Assembly (NCBI GenBank): GCA_002269645.1
Contig: NIVC01002789.1
Location: 1 to 64,000, forward strand
Source of the DNA: Macrostomum lignano
Taxonomy: Eukaryota
Direction of reading: 5' to 3'
Length of the DNA: 64,000 nucleotides
Shown here: positions 49,231 to 60,877 of the stretch, one piece after another
How positions within the stretch are numbered: the stretch's first letter is position 1
How the letters are laid out: the number at the start of each line of letters is the position of its first letter
Translations under genes and position numbers: made by a program
The notes under the pieces: generated by a model
Database searches by the model: none
What the model saw: the letters and a program-made list of their open reading frames with translations, nothing else
What the model was told of the DNA's origin: nothing

Positions 49231-50836
49231 CATGGGTCCCCAACCCACTGTTAGCATTAGGCCACATTCAATATTTATGCAATAAGATACACGGGCTGCA
49301 AAAAGTACACAAATTGTCGCCTCTATTTTTCTGTTGGCTTCCATTTATGCGCATTTTTTAGTTTTGTAGCCTTTTCTGATTTTCTGTTTTGCACAAGTTT
49401 TTTGGTCACATTTCCTTCTTTCCATAAATATATACATATTTATGCAACATCCCTTTTTCCTTTTTCCAACTGTTTTAATTATTTGAAAGTTTAATTTACA
49501 TTGACTACTCTTTTCATTTTGTCTTCCTTCCCTCATTTAAACATTTACTTCTCACAAATTCATACATACACTTTATAACTCGTAGCTGACTAATAGGTCA
49601 ACTATAATAGCTAGCATCAAATAGCACATTATGTGTTTAGTTTAACTGCTTTAAACTGCAAATCTACTTGTCTAACTAATTCACACCAAATGGCACATTG
49701 TGTGCTAGCTTAACTGCTTCAAGCTGCACATTTATTTGTATTGTGCCAAATGGTACATTTACGGCACAGTTGTGCATAATTATAAGCATTCAAAAATAGC
49801 TTGGACAACTGGCACAGTTGTGGCATAGTAGTGCACAATAAAAAATTTGATTTTTAATTGTGTCACATATGCCAATTGGCACAGCTTGGTGCAGTTATAT
49901 TTGTGCCAAGCTGTGCCACCAATTGTCAATTCTTGCCAATTTTGTGTCATTTTAACAGTTATTTTGGGATTCTCTCAATTCATTTTTTGTGCTATTTGAT
50001 GCATTTAAAGAACAATTATTTCTAGTCAAGAAGACTTATGGAAATATTAAGACTCTTAAAAATTGCTTTCAACAAACTTCAAATCCTAGTCACTATAGAC
50101 ATGAAAGTAGCAAACATCATCTATGGAATATAGCCACATTATTGCACATATCCATGCCTTTATTTATTGCAAAGCTCTGGTTTTTCTTACAAAAACAAGG
50201 TGCCAAAAACTCTTGAGAGAATTTGGCAGTTTGCTTAGCAGTTTCAAGCAGCTGGTCAAGTACATGCAAAAGCAAATATTTAAAAAAACTATATCAACAT
50301 TACAATGACAAGGCCATGACAAGGCAATAATGATAAAGAAGTTCTATTAATAAATAACAACCAGCTAATAGCCAACTATGACTATTAGTAACTAGTCATG
50401 ACCAATTGACATTACATTATTATTTACTCTTTATATTAGGTAGACCACAAAATGCATATATTTTCTAGAAAATAATAACAAATTCAGTGTATATTAGTCT
50501 AGTTTTACTTTACAAAACAACTCTACCCTAAGAATTTCTACAGATTGAACTTGAAAAGTAGGTGAATTTTCTTCTAATTATAGAGGTATTTTAACTTTTT
50601 TGATAATGAAAATACAGGGATACCCTTGATTAAATTGTAACCCCTTTAACTAAATTTTACTTGAGCCATTCATAATGTTCATCCTATGTTCATGAGCTGT
50701 GTGTCACCTGCAATATTAGTATACATAATGGACTTAAGCATCATGTAGTGAATGAAGGCTATAATGTCATCCAATAGCTACTATATCACAAATGATAGTC
50801 TATTGAGCTATTCAGTATCAGAGACCAGAGGCATAA

Positions 50837-51621
50837 GGCTCATTCCATATAAGCATGGTCGTAACATGACAGGTTATTTTTACTTATAAAATGAAATCTA
50901 ATAATAGAATATACTAAACCAATATTTTAAATGAAAGATTATTTTGTCTAGAATATATTTATAGAGTTTCATATAGATATCATCATTAGTATAGATGCTA
51001 TTAAACCTTAAATGACACTTATGGTCGTAACGACAGGATTTTTGACATATAGAAACTAAAAGGTAAAAGTCTTATAACATTTTTCATTTTTGATATTTTG
51101 CAATACATTTTTAAAATTTGACTAAGAACATCTTTAGAAATCATACTCTTTTATTAGAATATATAAACTCAAAAGGCAACAAAGATACAAAAGAAAAGGC
51201 AGCCTTATGGTCGTAACATTATGGTCGTAACATATTTTTTTCTGTCAATTCAGTAACTTTGAGGTACTAATACATTAAAAATATAATAGATTATTTGGTC
51301 ACCAATGCTTTTATCTGATGATGCAAGTACTATACTTTTATCTATAGTTTGTTTCAACCTTCAAAAGCTTTCTATTTGTTTTTAAAAGGTACAAAATCTT
51401 AATGATGTCTTTTGCTTCGAAAAATGTCCAAATTTTACAAAAATGACTTTTTGCCAATTGATAACATACTAATCCAACATTTTACCATTCCTTTATTCTT
51501 AGATTGTATATATTGCACAATATAAACATTTGGTAAAAAAATAGGCTAATTAGGCAATGGCAAGCAAAAATATTGACTTTTTTCTATTTTCCAAATATGT
51601 CCATCTTATATGGAATGAGCC
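50837..51621. mobile_element. 785 bp non-autonomous TIR element with a 4 bp TSD (ATAA); Sola-like by TSD length, superfamily uncertain
   Basis: GGCTCATTCCATATAAG at 50837 and its reverse complement ending 51621; ATAA on both flanks; internal atggtcgtaac x4. Confidence 0.85.
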
Positions 51622-54600
51622 ATAAGAATGATGCCACTATGAGCTGGAACTCTGCTAAGGGTTGCAAGCAGGTATGCATGACTTATCTAGAAGTGGCATA
51701 TCAAGAGGAACACAAAAATGAACAGAATGCATTCAAAAGTCAGTGAGCTCCTTGAGTCAAGTAATCACAAGTTTATGCAGCTCTCAAACACTAGTGGTGA
51801 GCCCATGCCTAGCTTGCTACTGCTACTGCTGCTATAGATATTAATTCTCTTTTGCTACTTACAAACTATGCAGCAAATTTATTAACCCCTGCTAATCTTT
51901 TTGCTACTGTTGCTACTTTATTTAATAGTGATGCTGGAGCTTTTCTGCTTGATGCTACTGATGAAGGCAACATTACTGACTTGGAGCTGGATAAGTTAGA
52001 CACTAGTAAGCACAAAGTATAGGAATAGCAATAATTGCAGCAGCAGCATGCAATTCCTATTCCTAGAAAATATAAAGCATGCCAAGATGCTAGCAGAAAT
52101 CAGCTTATCTGACATGATTTACAATCTTGAGCTGGGCCCTACATCTCCAAAAAATACCAACTGAGGTTTAGCCCATAGCTGCAACCACGAATGAATTACT
52201 GCAACAGTCAGCATTTTACTTCATCTAGCTACTTTTTCCTAGTAGTGTTACAGTTGAATATTGAATTTAATTATGGAGGGGATTTTTCATATTCACTTGA
52301 GCAATTTGTTAATCTCAAGTTTAAAATAAGTAAATAATGTAGTAATTATTTTATTTTAACAAATTTTAGCAAGGATGACTACTTGCTTCTCTATTGCTCA
52401 TTTGAGCAAATATTGATATAATTTCAATGATAAGAAATCAAAGTGCAATTAGTCACAAACTACTTGTAGTACAGTATTCTGGATTGTAAATGCACTTAAT
52501 ATTTGTAGCTCATACTCGTACTTTGCCAATTAGCATTTCTTTGTTATTGTCCCATTCAGTTACATCTATGATTACAACCTTAGAACCCTCATTATTGCCT
52601 TTCCCTGGACATGTCTTCTTTCTAAGCAACTTGTTGGCACAAAGCTACTTATATTATAGCGCAAATATAAAGCACAAGATTATTAGACATAACAATAAAA
52701 CATAAAGCATAGGATCACAAGACATAACAGATATATATCATTGATAATTATTCATTTGGCAAACATTTTGTATCAAGATAAATTATGAGATTATGATCTG
52801 TATATTGCAAAAAATGTAATAAATTTATGAATTTTTTACAATATCTTGTTATTTTTTTAACTTGATATTTAATGTAAACATTATGGATTGATCAAGCTAT
52901 GCTAGGATATCATATGTTTAAAGTGTGAATGCAAATTGAAATTGATTTTGGTTTGATTTACAATCTTTTTTAACTTGTATTTCTAATGTAGTTAGTCATA
53001 CCACTGTTTTTTTTCTAAAAATGGTTATGCAAAATGCAATGAAGTTCTGGATTTTTAAAAGTTTATAGCTTTTGGTTATTTAACTTTGCACTAATCAAGA
53101 ATTGCAAAGTCTGTACTATAGTGCATGTTAATTTTGGAAAGGATCATCTCAATCAAGATTATATAAAAGCCTTTTAAAAATACAATCATTCAAGTTTTGC
53201 TTTAATTACTGACTCTCAAAAATAGGTCATAGATAAGTTCAACAAAGACTAGAGAGACTAGTGCCTAAAACTCCAAAAAGATATCTTTAGATTATTATTG
53301 GCAACTGGAATTCTTGAATTGGCAAAGGGTAAGCCAAAACAAAAAGGCTGAAAAAGTGGGTATGGTACAAACTTAAGAAAGAAGGATAAAGCAAAGCTAG
53401 TATTTCATAAGAAGAAGACACTTTCAAAGAAATAGAAATCAAGATAATACATAAACTACAAAACATTGTGTTTAAAAATGCTTTGAATAAGGTTAAAGGC
53501 CTCAATTTACATTTAGTCATCTGCATCTTTGAGTGGTAAAATACAAGTATGCACTGGACCAATATAAAACTATAAAACTAGCTCATGACCTACTTAGAAT
53601 GTCACTATTGGTTGGACTGGTTTTAAATAATAGGGTAGATTAAAACTATTAAATCACATTATAGTCTAAAATTGAAATAGCTTGTATAAAAAAATCAAAT
53701 TCCAAACTTGATATTTAGATCCTTGCTACTTGCTATATCTACTAGCCTATTTTGTTGGCTAATACTTGTATAAATCTATATCATACTTAATTTTAGCTTT
53801 TTGCTTAGGCCCTATTGCTCATTAAGATACTGACTTGTACTATTCTCTATTTCTAATTTTAGGACCTTTGCTTACTTACACTTTTATTTTAAATCTTTTG
53901 CATATTAAATTGCCTACAGAAATGAAGAATATTTTAATAAAAATTCATAAATAAGGGCAACTAAAAAGACAAAAAAGATTGGCTATAAACTACTAGAGCA
54001 TAGCAGCTTCCCATGGAGTTACAATGAGCTGTCTGCAAGATGGCAAGAAACTGATAGCTAAAAACACCAATAGGTACTATTTCATAGAGACTGAGGTAGC
54101 TTTTGCAAGTGCCATTATTTAAGCTACCAAACAGCAGATTCCAATGACCAGAAAGCAACTACTTGTGATAGCATCAAAAATGCTTTAGAAATGTATTAGG
54201 GAATTTCAAACAGGTCTTTGTACTATCAAAGAGGTAGGAAAAATCCATTTTCATACTCCTTTTCCAATTTTTTTCATATTACCCTGCTTTTGCTATTCTT
54301 TATACTCACTTGCTCCTTTTGCTGTCTTTTGGCTAATTGTTTTTTAGACCTACACAAGTACCAGTTGTCCATTGAAGTCCTTAGGCTACTAAGGAAAAAG
54401 CTAATTATGCTATATAGCTTGGTCCCCAATGCTACCTATATCATATAGCTGTTAGACTTAGATATGTTTTGACTAGTGAAAGGTAGCTGGTGTAAGCTCC
54501 TGGCCAAGCAAATATTATTTGGTTATCAGTGAAACAATTAATAGGCTACAGTTTATATGTTTATGGTGATATTGTATAGTAGAGAAAAATGGTAAAGAAC

Positions 54601-57350
54601 ATCTAGTCAGGATTTAGAAAGGCTAGGATCTATCACTAGAATCCAGATATGCTAACATTCAAAAGTCAAGAAAGACAACGGATGTTGATGGTGACAATGG
54701 GGCTCTGTGGCTAAAGTCTATAATTATCAAGCCAACAAATAGAAGTACCCCAGTGCCCAATGATCCAAACACCCAAGCAGCCTTGCTACATAGCCAGGCT
54801 AAAAAGCATATGGTAGTAGAAGCTGCATTAGGCAAGCATTAGCCACCAAGCTCAACATGAACTTTGCTTAGTGCTTATGGCTTTAAAACTAATTTTGCAT
54901 TGGGCTAAACTATGGCTACAATAGCAATAACCATCACTAACCTCAATACTATAGCTATTTCTAGCAGATGTTGAGCCAACAACCTAGTCAGGTCAATTTC
55001 TACAAGCCACCTACAATGCCCATGCCAGCAAATTGCCCTGGCAAGTGGCTATATGACCTTATGGAGGAGGTCAACATAGTGCTGCTAGCCCCTAAGCTAG
55101 AGGCCATCTAGGCCCTAGAGCCAGAATGGTATGTAACATTACCCCTCTTGCCTTCAAATTGGATAAGCAACTCTAGCTAGCCATTGCTGGCAGATGCACT
55201 GTTGCAAGGCCTAAATAAGATTGTGCATAGCTGCCTCAGGGTAGTAACCTCAGAGATTATGACTATTCTCTTCTTAGAACTAAGGACCTAGTAAATGGAG
55301 TATCTAAGGAAAATTTGTCCAAAACAAGTCTATGCAAATTTCTAGCTTTACAAGTGCCAAATTACAATTAGCAACAATTTAAAGTTGCAATTCTCACAAA
55401 ACCAGCCAACAAACACAAAATTTTTCTTTTTTTCTGCCCCCACCTTAGACTTAATAACATTTGAGATAGTGTAGTATATTTAGCCTTATAGTATAGAATA
55501 TTTCTGTTATGCAAACAACTTATTTTTTAGAAATTATTGTATTCAAATTTTTGCCAAATAATAATATTTTTGTTTTAATGTTATGTGCACAAATAATATT
55601 GAACGAAATTAAGTTTGTTTTAAATACATAGATAGAACAGTATAAATAGGAGCCCAGAATAGGCCAAGAGGAGCATGTGCTTATATTTGCTTGCTCAAGT
55701 AAGACAGTGACAATTAGTCCACTCAATAAATATTACAAAATTTTCTTACTTGACTTATTCATTGTGATAGTATAAAGCCCCAAATTGGGAGTATTACTAA
55801 ACAGACTGCTAAAAAGCGAGAATTGCCTCAGGGCAGTAACCTCAGAAAGTGTATAAATCACCTCAGAGCAGAGAATTTGCTAAGGCTGTGACCCTCTGAT
55901 CTAGAGAATGCCTAGGACTAAGAGAAAACCTAACCTATAAGAATAGACAGTGCTATTATAGACATAGGCCCTTACCTAATAAACATATACAACATAATAA
56001 AAAACTAAGCAAATAATGATTCTATGATTATATGAATGATGCCCACTTACCCACCTTTTATCCCTTGGTCAAGACAAGACTTAGGCCTAGTCTTAGGCAA
56101 AGTAGGCCTAGCCACCTAATTCTATTTGTTGTGTTGTCCAGTCTGTAGCCATTCTACTCCTGCTATGTAGGGGGCCTACATTTAACATTGGTTTAATGTC
56201 AGTAAAAACTAATTGGCCAAAGTGATAAAGGCCTACATTATGCCCAATATATAAGCATACAGGCCGAAGCAAAATGCTTAAATAAAATAATATTGAAAAG
56301 TTGTGTCATGACAATAAGTTTTATAACTTTTTTTATTATTTGACCAATTTTTAAAGGTAATGTGTCTTTACTTTTACTTAGATGAGCCTAAATAAAATTT
56401 ATCAAATGATATAAAGAAAAGGCTACTAAAAATAACTTTTTAAATCTCAATCTGACTCTCACTGGACAGTCTGGACTTGACTGGAGTCCCTACAAATTTG
56501 CTTAAAAACATGTTGAAGCAAAGCCAATATTTCTCTATTAATCTACATAAACAATCTAGGCCCTAGGGCCTACAGTTATTCTAAAAACTTAAAAAGATTT
56601 TTCCCGAAATAGACCTATGTACAAGCGATAATTGACCTTGTGCAATACTTTCTTCAATTCCATTGATGTAACGAATCACATGACGAACTAAGTTTAAAAT
56701 AGTGTTTTTGACAGAAACTATGTATAAAGTAATTAGTAATATATTAGAAAACTTTCAAGAAAGCGTACAAATATGAAACACAAAGTCAAATAATTTTTGA
56801 AGACAATAAAATGTTTTTTATTTTACCGACTATAAAATTTAAAGTAGTGTTTCTTGCGAAAAAATGTTCACTCATTCTCAGAGTCGGGATTCTACAGCCA
56901 GCTTCGGTTTACGATCACAGATCATTTTAATGAGAAACGTACGTTTGGGTGATCTTAAAGCGAAGTTGATATATAAGCTACTACCAAACCAATATTTGAA
57001 AACATTTGACATTTGAAAACATTTACTTATTTGAAACTACTGTCGGTTTTTATGTCATACAACTTATTTATATGGTGATCGACTGATCGTCACTAATTGA
57101 ATTGATCGTAAACCGAAGGATTGCCGGTTGGACTTAGACTTGGAGGATCTAAAACTACTGACTAAGCGTATTTTTCTATTAGATTATTCGTTTGCCCTTG
57201 GGGGCCTAGTAACCTAGTTAAATGGCCAATTGACTATTTATCTACCATTACTACCAGTAACTACCAGTACTAAGTCTAAACTAGCAATTTATAGGCCTAT
57301 TTTCCATCAAGGAGCAAAATAGAACAATTTATTTTTAAATAAGCTAATGT

Positions 57351-58410
57351 ATATGCGGGTGCAGCCGAAATCGTCATATTCAAAATTGTCATAGGCCTAT
57401 GATGATGATAACTTGAACAAATCTTGAAGACTTAAACATTTAAATATGACGACTTTGACCAAAGGCAAGGGTGTATTAATTTTGGATTTTTCTACCTTCA
57501 GGCAAAAATCCCTTGCATATGCACCCGTAATTTTTATATTAACTGTGTCAATTAATGCTGATTCACCCCTGATTGCTGCATCAGCAATCAGGGTCAGCGT
57601 TGCATTCGCGCGAATTAATCCAGAGAAATTGCGCAGACGAATCACAACAAAATTTTCTTTCTCCTGCTTACTCCGACAGCCGGGTTCTCAAGTCTAATAA
57701 ATCTAATAAAACTATAAAATAAAACTAACAAGTCTAAAGTGCGCAAAACTAATAAATAAATTTGAACTAAACTGTTGAATGCAAAAGGAAAAAGACAAGA
57801 AAAAGGAAAAGGGGGTTGAAAATTAGGTGGCACATCAAGGCAGTATAAATATTAAAAAAAGGAGGTAACAATCAACGGGTGGGGTGCCGCTGGACACACT
57901 GGACCAAAAATCCCATGCATAGAGACTACCGATAGAACGGCTCACAAACATGCAAGCAACAAAATTAAAACAAAAGTTTTGACCAAGATTTGACCAAGAC
58001 CTACTTTTCCAACCAAAGGAAGAACAGAACAATTTTTGGAACCTTCAGTCAATGGAAATGTGACAAAAATTGAACAATGAGTGGACAAAAATTAAACATT
58101 TGTAGCAGTTTTCCTTTTAAACAAGTTATTAAAGTAATGGTTATTAGTTCAAATATCAATTAAGTGGCACCCAACTGCCACACATGACTACTGAGAATAC
58201 ACTGTAAATTGTTTTAATTTGTTGGCAAATAAGAACACGCTGCCGCCATGAGCTAAGATCTTTGTGCAGCCAATGCAATACAATATGACAATTTAGTGAA
58301 TGCAGCATTGTCCAATACTGAGATGATGACGATTTAGATAATTTAGTTGTTTTTCTCGTAAGCTGCAGATGACAATCTCGAATATGACGACTTTGGCCGG
58401 AACCGTATAT
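57351..58410. mobile_element. ~1.06 kb MITE with imperfect 31 bp TIRs and ATAT ends (Tc1/mariner-like)
   Basis: atatgcgggtgcagccgaaatcgtcatattc vs reverse complement atatacggttccggccaaagtcgtcatattc (6 mismatches). Confidence 0.72.
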
Positions 58411-58818
58411 GCAGGTTTAGACCTTGTATTTTTAGTTAAAGCAAAGCCTAGCATGCCTAGCAAAGCCTAGCATGCCCTATATTTATCAGCTTTGACATTG
58501 AAGCTTCACTTTAAATAATGGCCTAACACTAACAGTTATCAATATTTTTTTTCTTATGCTAGTATTATAATTAGAATTAAAAAGCAAAAAATTCCCCCAA
58601 GATCTAATGTGAATAATTTATACTACATTGTTATTCTATACGTTATTTTACACTACACATTGTTCCGTATGTTATTTTATACATTATTCAACACATTATT
58701 CCGTAGGTTATTTTGCATGTTTCTAGGCATTTTTCCTTGATATAAATGTGTTCTGTATAAATTTACAAGTGATTTTTCAATTTTTTGTACATTTTAAATG
58801 TAAAGTAAAAGCCTAAGG

Positions 58819-59190
58819 GAGGCCATAGCCCAGTGGTAGCGCAGCTGCTCTGGTGTGCCAGCAACCCAGGCTCAATTCCAAGTGCAGTCACATTAATTTG
58901 GGGCTAAATTGGAATCTTAGCTTGTCTCTGCTCATGCAATTAATGGCCTTAAGAGCCAACCCCTCAAGGCGCAGTGAAGTGTACATGCCTAACGATAATA
59001 TAAAGTTAGGGCCGCTGTACACTCCTGTATGAGTGTGTGCCTGCGTTTGTATCTGTGCGCTTGTATGCCTGCTCAAGGGAGTTGGCGGAATGGGCAGTAA
59101 TGCCTCTCGCCAGTTGTGTGCCCATGTCGCTTAAAGTGCGCCAGGGTGCACACAACCCCCCTGCCTCTAATAAAAAAAGTAAAAGCCTAC
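58819..59190 (+). mobile_element. tRNA-derived SINE
   Basis: A-box tagcccagtggtag, degenerate B-box ggctcaattcc, ~300 bp body, ends ctctaataaaaaaagtaaaa. Confidence 0.6.
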
Positions 59191-60877
59191 ATATATATAA
59201 GCTTGTCATTATATTTTCTTGGATTGTGAGACATGCTGTTTATAAAATTATAATTGACTACAACAGAGTAGGCCTACTATTAGTTGCAGGGTTGTAAATT
59301 GAGTTATAAAGTTGCATGCATAGAGGTGGGGTTGTGGGAAGGATAGAGAAAAAGAAGATAAAGTGACTAGGCCTACTTAATTATTAGCATAAATAAATGA
59401 AATAATCACATTATATGTACAAGGTAATTAATAATAATAATAGGACACAAAATAAAGTGGTATTTAGTATTAAAAATAGTTTATGCTTTAATTAATTAAT
59501 AAGTCCTATATCAAATAAACAAATACTAATATAACAGCTAAAAAAGCTTGAACAAAATATACTATAATATTAAAAAAAACCCATGTCAGTTAAACTGACA
59601 ACAAATGAAAACAAAATACACAAACAAGCAAATTTAAATCAAAGAAACAGAAGTTAGTAAGTTAACTTGAGAAAACTGATTTGATAGATAGATACCAACA
59701 AACCATTTAGTAAATGGGATTTGGTGGATAGGATTTATTTTCAATACTTTGGTGGTTTTGAATACCAAACATAAGCTAGGAAACCAAGTTTTGCATAATA
59801 AATAAAGTAATAAAGTAGATGTGTAGACTAATGTGTAGAATAAAGTATGGAATAACATGTGAAATAGTGTGTAGAATAATGTTTGAAATAATGTGCAGAA
59901 TAATGTGTGGAACAACATACGGAACATGCAGAATAACATGCATAAAAATGTGCAGTATATGTTATACTAATTAAGATCTCAATTGACAGTCTTATCTATT
60001 GGGTCATTCTACAATGGAGGGTCCCATCATGTTTTTTAACTTTAAACACTTGTAACTTTTGAACTATAATAGATAGAACAAATCTGCAAAAAGCAATGCG
60101 TCAGACTTCTAGTTCTATTTTTATATAGCTGCTTATAAATTCTAAAACAACTGAACATATAGTCAGCATAAACTATACTGATAGTCATTTTTTATCACCA
60201 AACAACCATTAGCATAGTTTATGATTTGCTATGAGTTCAGTTGTATTGGACAAAAAATGAATTTAGATTAAATTTAATGTTAGTATTTAGTATTCTACAT
60301 TGTTTTAGTTAATCAAGCTTAGAATGGATACCATTAAGGGTAGATATAGCAATCTCTAGTTTGCTCTAAACAGCCTTAGACAACCTTCAAAGCTTCAGAT
60401 GCACCATGTAATAGCTAAGTTAATATCTTAGCATCAGGTCAGGGACTCAAGCAACAAAGATTTCTGATGTCATATACTTTTTATATAGTTAGGCTTTTTT
60501 GGGCTAAACTTACAATAAACAAGATATTATCAAAAAGTAATAGACTAACATAAGTTATACTAGGACTGTCTAACATATTTAATAGTTGTGATTGCTATAA
60601 ATTATGAAAGAATGCACTTTCTCAATCTATTTGTGTAATCAATATATGTATCATGATCTATCATTTTTAGCATTGGTTACACTTGTGTTAGATTCCCATC
60701 ATTGGAAACAGATTGCAAATATCAGTTGGGAAAACTATCCCACTTGTAAACTGCTTATTGCATATTTTGTAGTTTTTTATATAACAGATGTCAGTTGTCT
60801 GATATAGGCCTGGCCTTTACCTGAGGTTTAAAAAAGTGAATTGAAATCTCTTCTTGTTAAATTAAAAATACTGTCAG

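Noticed and set aside
54150-54700. LINE reverse-transcriptase relic (minus strand, ISKAF-DAI and VVFLDF-like peptides)
   Set aside because: Only short, frameshifted motif-like matches; not enough to call without an HMM search
32963-58890. Functional tRNA genes at the A/B-box segments
   Set aside because: No complete cloverleaf could be folded; the segments are embedded in repeats, so they were called tRNA-derived
58600-59980. Element with inverted subterminal ~13 bp repeats (58620-58720 vs 59820-59950)
   Set aside because: Repeats are visible but no clear TIR ends or TSD could be defined
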